Part shown: piece by piece, positions 12,554 through 25,718 of the stretch
Numbering within the stretch: position 1 is the first letter of the stretch
How the letters are laid out: each line of letters begins with the position of its first letter
NCBI GenBank assembly: GCA_013265495.1
Contig: MU057378.1
Location: 1-64,000 of the forward strand
DNA from: Vicugna vicugna
Lineage: Eukaryota
Direction: 5' to 3'
Length of the DNA stretch: 64,000 nt
Position numbers and translations under genes: made by a program
The notes under the pieces: generated by a model
Database searches by the model: none
Seen by the model: only the letters and a program-made list of their open reading frames with translations
Told to the model about the DNA's origin: nothing

Positions 12554-13566
12554 ATGTGGCCAAAGCAATCTCATGCTTCACTTTGTGAAGTTGCCATCCC
12601 TTCTGTAGTATCTCTCTGTTTTAATACTTCCTGTAAAAGAAGTCTCATTATGTCCAGTAACTTGGCCAGATCGACCATTGCAGTGCATAGTAATTTTCCC
12701 ATGTTTTTCTGACAGGTGCATTTTACGAGGGCACATACCACATCTCCCATTCAGTTACAGCATCTGATAACCTAACAATCTTTACACCATGGTCCAAACC
12801 AATCAGGACGCCTAATGGCTTTTAGATACTTTTGTTGCAAGATCACAATGTCTCAGTAAGCTCATACAGTAATTTCCTCCCTTCTCTTTATTTCTTCTTT
12901 TCTTTTAAATAATAATAAGCCTCAAAGTTAAACCTCATCCCCCCCAAAAAAATCATCAAATTCTAGAAAAAGAGTCATGTTATCAACCATGTTAGGTCTA
13001 AATAATATGTCTCTATTACCCTCCTCATCTGGAGAATAGACCCTTTAATAAAGACAAGAGGGAAAAATAAATACATTAACCAAGAAAGGCCATGCCTTGT
13101 CTGATGTAACACAGTCTGATCACCCAAAGTGAGTGACTCTGTAAATGAATCCATATCCACAACTGTCTTTTTAGCATGAAATGGTTTTACTTCTGTCACT
13201 GACAACATGCACAACAATGCAACTGTATCATTACTTTGTTTGGTTTCCCTTAAATATTACTTAAATATGCATTTAAAAGTACATGTTTACATTTAAGAAA
13301 TGTAAGACATTAAAAAAGTCCTCTGTAACCACAACCCCGTCTCAATATATTTTCTTGCTCTGTTTCATACATAAGTAACATAATCTACAAAGTCATAAAT
13401 AAAACTGTTAAGTCTTATGACCTAACAGTATATACAAATTTTAGAATTTGACAAGAGTGCTCTCTTTATGATTTTATGTCACTAACAACATGTAGTATTT
13501 GCAAATTTTTTAATCAAATGGGTGACTTACAATCACAGGTTTTATTGCCTCCCAAACAATTCCCCC

Positions 13567-13634
13567 NNNNNNNNNNNNNNNNNNNNNNNNNNNNNNNNNN
13601 NNNNNNNNNNNNNNNNNNNNNNNNNNNNNNNNNN
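13567..13634. other. Assembly gap
   Basis: Run of N. Confidence 1.
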
Positions 13635-15637
13635 ATGGTTAAAAAAAAAAACTAGATTTTTAAAACAGAACAGAAGTTAACCATTTAATATGGCTAAGCT
13701 TTATTAAAATCACTTCAGTTTGTCTGAAGAACATAAAATGATGCCAAAGAGTATATGTTTGTACTGTCATTTAAATGGAAGCTAATGTCTTAAGAAAAAA
13801 AAACAACAGATTAGATTCATATGAGTCTTGGGGAAAATATTCCATCGAGATTCTGCTACAGGAACAGAATCAATGTTATCCAATGTTTCCTAAAATTTAT
13901 TTTGAACCATCACTTCGATTAGTTAAGATGTTCAGCACACCCGTGACGCCCAAAGACTGATAACTGTGGGACTGGCTGCATCTTGTTGTCCTATTAACAT
14001 GGTAGCTTACACTTTCTAAGGTCATTCGAGTACTTGAATCCTTGTGGTTCTCTCAGGAAAGCCAGTTAGTTCAGTAGTCTTGTATTTTGGGGTACAGGGA
14101 GATTTTTCATTCTTTTTTTTTTCTTTCCTTCAAAAAAAAATAGCTGTGAAAATGCAAGTGTTAAATAAGAATGACTTAACAAGATTTTGTAGCTTGGCGT
14201 ATCTCCAATACCTTTGCCTCCCTTCTGGAAGTAAAACCAAGGGAAACTATTTCCCCTACAGTGATTAATCAGTCTGCATCTTTCTCTGTTTTTTACAGTT
14301 TCTCCTTCTCTCTCTTTCTTTCTGTGCCCCCCCCTTTGAAAAAACTAACACACTTGGCCTCTGACCCAGTGAAACAGAGGTAATGCAAAGTCTGCACGGG
14401 TTATTCGGGGCCGCTCAGTACTTCCTCCTCAAATGAAACAGTACAAGAAAAAGAGACCAGAAATGGAGAAAAGATAAAAATCCCCTCACCCTCTGCTAGT
14501 CTTTTCCCATCTGTCTTGTTCTGATCTTTTTCAGAACCACCCCTCTTTCCTACCATTGTTACGAACATCACCACCCCGGCAATTATTCAGCATGGAAAAA
14601 CTAAAATTTAAGCCAGTGCAGTCACCTTAGTTCAACCTAACAGCCATGAGCTCTCGCTTTATGTAGCTCAAGTCTCTATTTATACGACTTCGCTACATCG
14701 CCAGTGTTCCCTTCACCCCCACCCTCCTCCTCTTCAAGGTGGCACCAGATGAGTGGGGAGGGGTGTGGCATCAAAGCATCAGAGGTTGGGGAAAAGAGTC
14801 TGAATCCACAGCAGTCTCTGCGGAGCACCTGGTCTGTACCTACTACTCAGGTCAATATCTGGTCAGGCTCATCTTCATTTTCGGTGGGAGGGATGCTTGG
14901 CTGGCGCTCAGCACTGAAGTCCTTGAACTCACCCATCCACCTGCAGGCATGCAGATGGGAATGCTGCTGCCTTTGCATTCCCTCCGCCCACCCTCTCCAC
15001 CCCCGACACTTCCCCCAAGACGCACAGACGCTTCCATAGCCCCTGAGTCACCAGCTCGTTGAGACTGGTCTATTGAACAAACTCAATGTGATGAAAATGC
15101 ATTTTTTTAATCCCCGTTACTTTCAACATTGTTTACATTAAGAAAATATTTTTCTCCTTCACTTGACTCTTTAAAACACTTATAAGCAATCTTTACATCA
15201 TGACAACTCACAAAACAGTCTAACTAGGTCAACTCATCTCTTCCATGTGATCCTCAAAGCTCAAAGTGAGCCTTTCCTGTCTCATCTCCTCCCTGTTGCA
15301 GGGGCCTGAGCTGGCCCCTTGCAGAGGGAAAGGAGGGACAGACTCCTGTCTCTTTGGGGGCTTAATTCTACTGCTTTTCTTCTACTAATTTAGGAAGCAA
15401 GATTTAGAACTCTCCCAGGTCCGGGCCAGAGGGGTAAAGGATTAAGGGAAAGGGCCGAGCAATGGCAGGAGCCATTGTTGTCTGGTCAGGGAGTCTCCTG
15501 GGCAAGGCATTCAGCAGTGGTACCCCTCACGTGGGGCTTCATCGATGCCTTGGAGACCGTTCGAGCCTGTTGATGGGCAGTAGTCCATCCTGCATCCCTG
15601 ACTTTGACAGCAGCTCACTCAGTTTGGACTCTCACTA

Positions 15638-16133
15638 TTTTTTTTAATTGAAGTATATTTGATTTGCAATGTTGTGTGAGTTTCTGGTGTACAGCATAGT
15701 GATTCAGTTATACATATATATTCCTTTTTATATTCTTTTTCATTATAGGTTATTACAAGCCATTGAATAGAGTTTCCTGTGCTATACAGTAGGACCTTGT
15801 TATTTATCTATTTTATATACAGTAGTTAGTAGCTACTAATCCTAAATTCCTAATTGGTCCCTTCCCACCACTTCCTCTTTGGTAACCACGAGTCTGTTTC
15901 TGGTTTGTGAATAAGTTCACTTGTATCATTTGTTTTTTACAACTCCACATATAAGTGATATATATTTGTCTTTCTCTGACTTACTTCACTTAGTAAGATC
16001 ATCTCTGGGTCCATCCATGTTGCTGCAAATGGCATGATTTCACTCTTTTTTATGGCTGAGTAGTGTTCCATTGTATATGTTATGTATCACATCTTCTTTA
16101 TCCAGTCATCTGTCAGTGGACATCAGGTTGCTT
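15638..16133 (-). mobile_element. L1 3' fragment
   Basis: Poly-T, then aattgaagtatatttgatttgcaatgttgtg...ccatccatgttgctgcaaatggc, the reverse complement of the L1 3'UTR and ORF2 end. Confidence 0.92.
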
Positions 16134-17094
16134 CTGTTGGACTCTCTGTTAAAAGACCCTCATCCTCCCAACCCTGGGCAAGGTCTCTGTCCCAGAGGGG
16201 CCACTGTGGGAGCCACTCACACACCCTCTGTCCACCAGGAGCATCTGCCAGTCCCCACACCACCCCACGTTCCCACTGTCACAGACAGGCATGGTTCTCT
16301 GTTGCCCAAGGGCAGAGAGTGCATTTCAGTCTCCCTGAGTCATCCCCTTGAAGCCTCCACCCAGACTCAGCCTGGAACGAAGGAAAGAGAAACACCTCCC
16401 TACCCACTTTCTCTGCCTTTTTACAGCCTGGATGTAAATGAAGGACCCCGAGATGAGAGGCCCATGCGGTGTCAACTTTGGTAATTTCCACCCCTTGTAA
16501 ATTCAATAAATGATCATTGAGCACCTCACGTGGAAATTTCCCATGGTGTGAGTCCCCAGACTTGAACTTCAACTTCCTGTTACCTGCCTAACTTTTCTTT
16601 CCTTTGACTCACACATCCCTCAGTTGTGCTAAGCTGAGGCTCTGAGATGACGGCTAGTTTTCCCCTGACTCCTGCAGTCTTCCTCAAGAGTCCAGAGAAA
16701 TAGGCCACACACTTCAAGATTCCTGGGCTGCTCCCCGCAACTATCTGGTTGCCCCAAAGTAGAGCTCCTCCACACTGAAGTGTAATGGAGGGGGGTTAGG
16801 CTCCCTGCCCCGACCACCTGCCCACCACCCACCAGGACCAGAAAGGGCGGGCTTCCCTCTAGTTCATCTCCTGAGAGCTTTGCCTCCTCCACCTTCTCAT
16901 GAAGTCTGCCAGGCTCTTGTCTGGGAAGCTGGGAACAAAGTCCTCTATTATATGTATTGACACTGTCATTGCCTGAAATTCTGTCCTCCTGAAAACATGA
17001 AGTTGCTATTCTTTTTCTCCCTTTCCATTGCTATGTTGGAACTCTATCCATGACCTTTATATTTAAATCCAAATATGGCTTTTTACCAGAATCA

Positions 17095-17400
17095 CATCAC
17101 TGCCAAAAACATACCCCACTAACTGAATTGAGATTGGAGGACAGAGTTTTGGATGAAGTAGAAAAGGCAGCTTTATTTCTTTGCCAGGCAAAGAAGGTCA
17201 CAGTGGGCTAATGCCTCTAAGACTGTGAGCCTGCTGGAAAGAGAAGGCAGGGGATTTTATTGTAAAAGTTCAAGGGGCAGAGCTAGTTTCCATAGAGATC
17301 ACATACAGGTATCAAATTGTTGTAAAGTTGTCCTTGTTTTTGAAGATGCAGTGGTCCCCTTCCCTCTGCTGGGTGTGAAGTTCACTTCTGGCTTTGGGAC
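17095..17400 (-). mobile_element. LTR fragment (ERV-like)
   Basis: gacagagttttggatgaagtagaaaaggcagctttatttctttgccaggcaaag resembles a reversed LTR R/U5 region with aataaa on the minus strand. Limits are approximate. Confidence 0.5.
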
Positions 17401-17494
17401 TCTCTGTATTCTTGTACCTAGAACAAAGGATGCACAGGAAGGGGCTCCATGGAAAAGAGCTCTAGAGAAGAACTTGTGCAGTTTAAAGTCAGGT

Positions 17495-17780
17495 TGATAA
17501 GTGATTTTAGCCGTTTAAGCAGGCTGAGGCCCGGGACTTCCTGCTGCAGGCAGAGGCTTGCAGCTCGAACAACAGGATAGAAGGAAACCACAAAGGGCCA
17601 AAAAGAAACTGCAGACATGTGCAGTTGGGATGAGTTAGGAATAACAAGGTGTTGGGGTCAAGAGAAGGGCACTGAGGTCAAAAGCAGAGCACTGAGCATG
17701 ATCCCTGCACACAGCATCAGGAGGGGACTGGGCGGACCACCTAAACCTCCTTCCTCTTCAGCCTAACCCTGGACAGCAGG
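17495..17780 (+). mobile_element. LTR fragment related to 12135-12553
   Basis: Shared motifs catgtgcagttggg, aaaagcag and gcatgatccctgcacacagc. Confidence 0.6.
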
Positions 17781-18160
17781 AGCATGAGAGAGGGAAAAAA
17801 AAAAAAAAAGCTTTAAACCATTTTACAGTTAAGCAATTACAAACACCATTACAGACAGCAGATGGTCACTGATGACCACATGGGGAGGTGTTTAAACCAC
17901 TGATTCCTGCCCTCCCAAGCAGCCCCAGCAGGTGACTGGATCAGAATCCCTGAGGGTGGGGCCGGGGTCTTGTTCCCCACCCATTATGCATGACAACCAC
18001 GTTTTTTAGCATCAGGTTGAAAAGCCTCCACAGAGACGATAAACTACAAAGAAATGTTAGGTGTAGACAATAAGAATCCTCTATAAGACTCTCAATTTTA
18101 ATTTCCTCCATATTCCCAGAAATTTCCAGAATATGAAGATGCATGGACGTTTCTAGGGTT

Positions 18161-18638
18161 CCTTAGCCTCACAAGAGAAGTTAGAAAGAAGAGCATACTA
18201 TTATCAAAAAGCTTTAGAGGATGAGAAAGAGTCTCCATTGTACCTAGCCCCAAATACACTTGCTGATTTCACACGACACAAAAGGAGATTTTGGATGAAA
18301 ATTTAACAGACGTAAAAGCACTAGTAGATTTTGATACAAAATTTTGAAAATGCTGAAGGAACCAAAGTGGAATAGGACTTTGAAAAAAAAATAGATGCAA
18401 TTCTCAGACTATGAAAGAATTCAAAATCTACTTGATGCCCGAGGGATATAAAGCATGTGAATGGAATGCATCCAACATTTTAATGCCTTAGCTTCACAAG
18501 AGAAGTCAGAAAGAAGAGCATACTATTATCAAAAAGCTTTAGAGGATGAGAAAGAGTCTCCATTGTACCTAGCCCCAAATACACTTGCTGATTTCACACG
18601 ACACAAAAGGAGATTTTGGATGAAAATTTAACAGACGT
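18161..18638. repeat. 153-bp direct repeat pair (18161-18313 and 18486-18638)
   Basis: ccttagc(c/t)tcacaagagaagt(t/c)agaaag...aatttaacagacgt. I count two mismatches by eye. Confidence 0.95.
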
Positions 18639-18948
18639 CTGTCTTAAGAAGTTATGTCTCCTAGTGCTAGCTTCTTTTGTACAAATAAACCTGAATAGTT
18701 CAGATGCATCTCAAAAATTCTAAAATAATATCTGAAGATAGTTTTAACATCGATTGTTCCTGGCAAATAACATCGGGCGGGGGTTGGGGGGTGCTTTTTG
18801 GTGTCTACAATATTTGGCTACTGCTTATTTAATATGTGAGCAAGTAAACACATATAAACATATTTGAGGAGTTCATGCTAAAATATTTTACTGGTGGATG
18901 CATTATTAAAATATTTTATAGACCTTTGACCTACAAAAATGACACAGA

Positions 18949-19108
18949 GGGAGATGGATACAGCTCAGCAGTAGAGCTCTTGCTTAGCATGCACGAGGTC
19001 CTGGGTTCAATCCCCAGTGCCCCCAATAAAAATTAAAATTAAAATCAAAAATAATAAATCAAGGACCCCCTCCAAGCAAAACAAATAAAAATAAATAAAT
19101 TTAAAAAA
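18949..19108 (+). mobile_element. tRNA-derived SINE
   Basis: atacagctcagcagtagag...cttagcatgcacgaggtcctgggttcaatcccc with an A-rich tail. Confidence 0.9.
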
Positions 19109-20611
19109 ATGGAGGAAAGTAGAGATATATTAGAAAACATCATGCTTATTCGGAACACGTGTGCTTTGTGTTTTGGGAATACACACAAAGCAAAAAAAAA
19201 ACAATAATAAATCCCACACCAAAGATACGACTTAGAGCTTAAAAGTTCTAAATATCCCTTTTCCCTTCTTCAACACATTTCTTCATTCCCCGATTCAAGT
19301 TGAGTAAGGAATTGCTTTTGAGATCCCAGAAAAATGGCAACTTCAATTGCAATATAATTAGGTATTCCTGGCTGTTTCTGCTTTAAAGGAAGCCAGGGTT
19401 ATTTAAAACCAGATTAAAATATGCCCTGAAGAACTAAGGAAGTATTAGCAAGAAAATGCCTTTGTACTAGGTTTAGTGGCCATGCTGGAAATTATGGTCC
19501 TGTCCATAGTACAGAGAGGCAGAAGGTGGCAGGTGGGTAGGGAGGGAGTTCTCACTAAAATTAGCACCTTCAAGGAATACCGAGCTAATGGCTGCATCAC
19601 CTGTGAGCAGAAGAAAAGACAGAATTGTACCTGTTTGTGTTAAAAAGATGGTTTAAGTTAAACAGGATGGTTTGACAGAAAGACCAAACACTAACTCTAG
19701 AAACAGCAAAAAAACAAAACCAAAAAATTCCTTGTGACTATAACAAAATCTGAAAACAAGACACCTGTCGGCCACTTACACCATCTTATCCTTTTTATGG
19801 AGGTTTAAATATTCTCCGTGAGTTGACCTTTCCACTTTACTATGAGTTTCCCTAAGGGTAAATCTTGAGTAGAAATAATTTGATGGAGGGCTCCTACTCA
19901 AAAACCGAAGAGAACTTCCCTTGCATGTGAAAGCTATCTTTTCTTGTCTCCTCTAATTGTAAAAGGTATTTTAAAACCATTCCTGGGATCAGACTTTATG
20001 GGCAGCATGTCACAAGACAGTGAATATTTATGATCAAACTGCTCTTGGAAAATGTATCATAAAATCAGGTTTATAGTAATGTTCTTCAGACCATTAGCTA
20101 CCATAATTCTCTAGTCCTTTCCCTAGCTGTTTTATTAATAGTGTACAATCCTCATTACTACTAACTTGTTACTTGTTAAATACAGACTCGTCCACCCTAA
20201 GCCAGATTCTCCTCCTGCTGCCTGTTTGCCAAGATAAATGTAAATAGCCTCAAACCCCCATCTGTCTGGGGCTCTTGAGGGCCCCCCCCTCCTAGAAAAA
20301 GGAGAAAGCGGCTCAATGGCTCCTTCTGGACATTTCCATTACTAGACCTTCAGTAAGGCTCAAAAGTCAGCCTGAAATTATAACTCACTTGGTGATTTTT
20401 TTTAATTACTAATCTCCCAATAACTTGCTGTGCAGAAGAAAAAAGGAAATTGACATTGAGAAGATGTAGAGAAAGAACAGAAGAGGAAAACCCCAGAAGC
20501 AAAAGAGAAGTCCTTTGTTTCTTCCATGATGACTCTGATGTCAGCATCACCTTATACAGTCCACTTAGTTAAAGCGATAGTCATGGGTATTGCCTTCAGG
20601 CTCTGTCATGT

Positions 20612-21129
20612 TGTTACTGAGTCAAAACTCATTCTGCTCACCACATGACAAGCTAGTCAATTGGAAGATGAAATGTTGGGGCAAAGAATAGCAACTTTAT
20701 TTAGAAAGCAGGCAGACTGAGAAGATGGTGGACTAGTGTCCCAAAGAACCATTTTCCCCAAGTCAGAATTCAGGCTCCTTTTATACTGAAAAGGGGAAGG
20801 GTTGTGGGTGGTTGTTGCAAACTGCTTGGTGTTGGAATCCTCTGTTCTTGCAGCCGTCCAGGTCGGTCAGGTCATGGTGTTCCTGCAAACTTCCAGTAAG
20901 ACAAATGTTATTCTCTGTTCTGCAACTTTTTACCTCTATATGAATGAAAAGTGTTACACCCTTAAAGGTCAGAGCCTTGAGAATAGGCTCTCTGGTATAT
21001 TTCAAGCTCTAGGCAACATTCTTTTACAAAAGGTGCAAACCAGCAAGACTCAGCACAGGAAACAGAGCACAGGGTTAGAGACAAAGGAACAAATCTAATA
21101 TGGAGTTATATTTGTTCTTTTCTACTACA
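20612..21129 (-). mobile_element. Solo ERV1 LTR, same family as 25719-26188
   Basis: Its reverse complement matches the 25719 element at both ends and internally (ccttaaaggtcagagcc..gagaataggctctc). TG..CA termini, flanked by catg-containing repeats. Confidence 0.85.
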
Positions 21130-21548
21130 CATGCTACCAGGAGTAATGGAGAAACCTTCCAGAGGTCCCTGACAATCCCAGAAGAAATCTTCCTGCTTCC
21201 TCACTGAAGCCCAGTGGGCCAGATTGCTTCTAAGAGAACGGACAGCAGACAGAGAGAGAAGCCATTCTACGGAGTCGACAGTAAATCATCAAAGAGAAAG
21301 ATAGCTGTAATGCCAAGGACTCCAGGGACACCATCTGAAGCAAAGTGACATTGATGTCAACATCTGGGCAATGAGAGAGGCAGAGAAATGGCTCCGGCAA
21401 GAAAAAAGACATGGGATGACCCAGTTTAAGTAAAAAGTAATTTGCTAATCACAAAGCAGAGAAATAACAATGTGCTCTCTCTCCACCAACACACAGCAGG
21501 TAGGGCCATTACCCTGATAGAACCGAGGTGAGAAAAGAGAGCAGCCCT

Positions 21549-21690
21549 GGTAGAAGGGTATAGCTCAGTGGTAGAGCGCATGCTCAGCATGCACGAGGTC
21601 CCGGGTTCAATCCCCAGTACCTCCACAAAAAAAAAAAAAATCATTAAAAAAAAAAGTTGAAAAAATACAAATATAAAAAAAGATTTTAAA
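21549..21690 (+). mobile_element. tRNA-derived SINE, young-looking
   Basis: Intact A box tagctcagtgg and B box ggttcaatcc, CpGs retained, long A tail. Confidence 0.92.
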
Positions 21691-21892
21691 AAGAGAGAGA
21701 GAGAGAGAGCGCTTCTACACTGTGATGGGTGCTCAAAGCATGGAGGGCTCCTTTCAAACCAGAGCGCACCTGAAACACCTGCAAAGGAAAGGTGTATCTT
21801 CTGCAGGCACCAACTCTCCAAAGCCAACAGGCTGCTGCATTCTGCTGAATAGATCGAACAACTTTCAAGTGGTCAGAAAAAAGGGGGGGGGG

Positions 21893-21925
21893 NNNNNNNN
21901 NNNNNNNNNNNNNNNNNNNNNNNNN
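21893..21925. other. Assembly gap
   Basis: Run of N after poly-G. Confidence 1.
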
Positions 21926-22456
21926 CTGTTTGTGTTAAAAAGATGGTTTAAGTTAAAAAAAAAAAGGCTCCCAGCCTCTGAGTTAAGTGCAAATGAGAAA
22001 ATGTCATGGTGGCTTTTGTTTCTTTGTGTGTTTGAAATTGGTTGTTTTTTTTTTTCCTGGTGCTTGTATGTTGTGATGTTTTGAAAGATGCACAATTGCC
22101 CGCTGTGATTTCCATATATGGAGAAAAGCAGGAACAGAACATCTTTTTTGCTGGAGCACAGAGCAAGCGTATCACTGCCTCCTGGATTTTTTTTCTTTGG
22201 GGTTTGATCCCAACTGGAACTGCCTTTCCCTCCTCTGGGCTCCCTGCTCAAGCCCTGCCTCCTCCGTGAATCTCCCTGGAAGGAATCCAGCCCTCACGGA
22301 TCTCTCCTCTCTCTCAACTGGTAATTCACTTGTTGCTTGAATTCAATGTGGAGCTTAATTAAACACCGCCTTACCTTCTAATTGCTTCCTACGGGTAAAT
22401 TTCACCTCCCAGGAAAGACGACAAGATTCTTGAGAGCAGGCTGAATATTCATACAG

Positions 22457-22459
<3 letters not shown>

Positions 22460-22490
<31 letters not shown>
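22460..22490. repeat. (TG)n microsatellite
   Basis: About 15 TG units. Confidence 0.97.
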
Positions 22491-22492
<2 letters not shown>

Positions 22493-23363
22493 CCTGTTGT
22501 CTGGTTTACCCCACACTGTACAGTCAGACATATTTTCTCTCCTCTGCATCCAAACCGCTGTCTCAGCTCAGCCTCTGATCAAGCTACTCTGGATGCTGTC
22601 AGTCACCTCCCACCAGGTCTCCACCCCATCTCAGTCCCTCCAGTCCCTCTGCCATATTGCCACCATGAATCTGAAAAATCCCTTATGGTTCACCAACACC
22701 AACAAAGTCAAATTCACCTTCTTTCTCAGGGCATGTGTGCTCTTTTATGATCTGACCATTCAACTCTCTAGCCGCAGCTGGGCTGCCACCCTTCCAGCAT
22801 CCACAATCCTGGCATTCCAAACAAGGTCAGCTCCTTGGAACACACCGTGTTCTTCCATCCCTTCTTGCCTCCCTCCAAAGCTACAGCCGCTGCCCAGAAA
22901 GTCCTGTCTCTCCTCTGACACCCCAGTCCTAATAAAAGGCAAAAATACTTTTCACCTTCCAAGACCCAGATGAAGCGTCAGCCCTTCTGGAACCCTCCCC
23001 TGGGCTTCTTACGTGAGTATCTCCTGCAGTAGGAAGCTCGTACCAAGTATGTTACAAATACAGTGACTGATACCTGCTTTAATTGTTTGTATCTCTTTTT
23101 GATATGTCTTCACTAGCTGGTGGAACCCTGGAAGCCGGGGACAATATCTAATTCTTCACATTTTTAGTGCTCACCTTGTAACAGACACTTTATAAATGTT
23201 GGGTAAATGAACTATTGGATGGATAAATGGACAGATGGGGGATTTCTGATTATTTGCCTATATGAGCACAATTCAGATTGTTAAAAGAAATTTTCTGATA
23301 GATCTATGGGGAAACACATTTTCTTAATCCTGGTTCATCTTGTGCTTTAATTGCTTCTTTTTA

Positions 23364-23417
23364 TTTTTTATTGACGTACAGTGAATTACAAGTGTCAATT
23401 TCCAGTGTACAGCACAA
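23364..23417 (-). mobile_element. Ultra-short (54 bp) L1 3'-terminal insertion
   Basis: Reverse complement of the L1 terminus (gtgtcaatttccagtgtacagcacaa). Perfect 17-bp TSD ttaattgcttcttttta (23347-23363, 23418-23434). Confidence 0.9.
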
Positions 23418-24151
23418 TTAATTGCTTCTTTTTAAACACACACACACACACACAGACATGAAATTGCCTTCGAAAAGGTCAAATTGGGATCTGAAACCTT
23501 GTATTCTGGACCTGAAGGAACTGCTTTTATCCACTGCTAGAATGAAATCATCATATTTTACAGTAGGCAAAACAATGATATGGAACATGACTGTCTCATT
23601 AATTATGATGTCAATGGTGTCACTATTTTCTTGGACACGTTCAAGGCAGGATTTACTCAACAGCTCCACCATGAGTACAGCAGGGAGGCAAGAGCACAAC
23701 TGGTCAATGGGAAAATTCATTTTTTAAAACCACACAGTTTATTCCACCCTACTTATAGTTTGTTGTTTGTTTTTTTTTAAAGAGACGAGTTTGCCAACAA
23801 TAATCTGTAATTATTTCTACAATGAATATGAATAAGACAGCAATGTTTCTGTTTCAAGCCATGTTCTCTAAATTGTTTCCAAACTATCCCAAAACACTGC
23901 TAGCAGGTTAGAGAACAGAATTCTCAGTAAATATTGTCATAACTGTTTCTAGTTTTAAGAAATGATTTCTGGATTTTTTTCCTCCCTAATGAGAATGAAG
24001 AATACAATTAAATTGGAGCTTGCCTACACTGTGGAGACCCTTCTGTGCAGAGTCAGTTGGTGCAGTGGTCTCTCACATGACTGCTTAGAATATTGATGAA
24101 TTCTAGAAGCTCAAAGTAAGAAGGAATACATACACTTTCCTCTAAGGACAC

Positions 24152-24872
24152 TGTGGTCGGCTGCCTCAAGGTGGCCCCCAGGGACCCCTGCCTCCTGGTG
24201 TTCACACCCTCGTGTGCTTCCGTCCACCCTCAGGGTTGGTCTGTGGGACCCACCCAGTAGAGAAGTTATGGTATGTGACTTACAAGGCTTGATCATAAAA
24301 GACACTTAGATTCTTAAAGCACAGGGAACTATATTCAATTTCTTGTATTAACATACAATGGAAAAGACTCTGTAAAGAAAACAAACAAAAATATATACGT
24401 ATATGTGTGTATGTACAAGTGTCACTGAATTACTTTGCTGTACAACTGAAATTAACACTGGAAATTTACTACACATCAATAACGTTTTTTTTAAAAGACA
24501 CTTTGATTCCTCTCTTTCTCTCCCTCACTCCCTCTGGGAGCTAACCTCCCTGACCTGAGGCCAGCCCGGCTGCCTCTCCGGAGCCCTACGGAAAGGTCCA
24601 CGTGGGAGCAACTGAGATGTCCAGTCAAAAGCCGTTCAGGAGCGCGGTGGACGGGATCCTCCAGCCCACCCCGCCACTTAACTCCCACCTGCCAACCTCC
24701 CATCTTGAGACCTTGATTGCAACCCCATGAGAGATCCTGAGTCAGAGTCACCCAGCTTAGCTGCTCCTTAAACCTGCCTCTCAGAATCTGTCTGAGATAA
24801 TCAGGGTTTGTTGCTTTCAGCCACTGAGTTTGGGGGGCTTTGTCACCCAACAACTGATGCATGATAAATACA
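24152..24872 (+). mobile_element. MaLR LTR (MLT1E/F-like) split by an L1 fragment
   Basis: Begins tgtggtcggctgcctcaaggtggccccc and ends ...ttgttgctttcagccactgagtttggggg...ataca. Confidence 0.75.
24308..24491 (+). mobile_element. L1 3' fragment nested in the MLT1
   Basis: agcacagggaactatattcaa...tttgctgtacaactgaaattaacac. Perfect 12-bp TSD taaaagacactt (24296-24307, 24492-24503). Confidence 0.9.
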
Positions 24873-25059
24873 CTACCCTGAGGTCACACACAGCACTTCT
24901 GCTGGAATCCCACCGCCCCAGAGTGTAGTTTTCCATCCACAATCTCAGGAGGGTAGGAAAAGTCATCTTTATTCTAGATGGCCATGCATCCAGTTTAAAA
25001 TCAGGGCTTTTTTACTGGGGGGAAGGACAGAGGTGGACAGGTACTAGGAGCTATACACC

Positions 25060-25437
25060 AGCCTGAGGGATGCTCTGATGTGCGCAGCCCCCAAGGAGCC
25101 CCACCCTACAGGATCCACGGCCACCTGACTTGCCTTGGCCAGTGGGATACCAGGCAGCATGACCTAAGCAAATGCTTGCACGTGGGTCTTACCCTCTTGG
25201 CTCACTCCTTCTTCTGGCATAGCTGCCACTCTGGGGGGAAGTCCCAGCCATCCTGCCCCAGAGAGTCCCTGCGAAGAATCGGAGTCCGCGCCAAACTCCC
25301 AGCTGGTGCAGCCACGGGGGCGATCCCAGCCAACACCAGATTCAGCAGAAGAATCACAACAGAACCACAAGAGAGTCAGTGTTGTCTAAAGCCATCAGAT
25401 TGGGGCCATTTTGTCACGTAGAGTAGATAACTGAAAC
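25060..25437 (+). mobile_element. MaLR LTR remnant (MLT1G/H-like)
   Basis: Typical MLT1 3' end tgttgtctaaagccatcagattgggg...tagataactgaaaca. Confidence 0.6.
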
Positions 25438-25501
25438 AACCTCAGCACAAACAAAATAACCAACCCGGAAACTCTGCAAATTATAAACGATTTTTTAACA
25501 T

Positions 25502-25574
25502 AAAGGCATTTTTTTTTATCGTCATGCAATTGAGTAACAGAAAGGCATTTTTTATTGTCATGCAACTGAGTAAC
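25502..25574. repeat. Two-copy ~35-bp tandem duplication
   Basis: aaaggcatttttt..at(c/t)gtcatgcaa(t/c)tgagtaac occurs twice. Confidence 0.9.
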
Positions 25575-25718
25575 TTGACTTCAGTCAAATGAAACGTCTG
25601 ACTTCCACGCCGAGTCACACAATTCAGGTTCTTAAGATGGAAAGGGTTCCTCTTACGGATCATGGAAGTTCGCTTTTCCCATAATAAATCTAATGCTTGG
25701 TTTTCTTCTAAAACATTA

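Noticed and set aside
12161..12712. 183-aa ORF
   Set aside because: Mostly lies within an LTR and has no recognisable domain.
18169..18306. Peptide SQEKLERRAYYYQKALEDEKESPLYLAP in the duplicated unit, superficially TPR-like
   Set aside because: Short, ends in a stop, and has no convincing exon boundaries or known match. A tblastn search would be needed.
21549..21626. Possible tRNA-Ala gene (and similar tRNA-like heads elsewhere)
   Set aside because: The acceptor stem is disrupted, an A-rich tail follows, and the family has many diverged copies, several with TSDs. These are SINEs.
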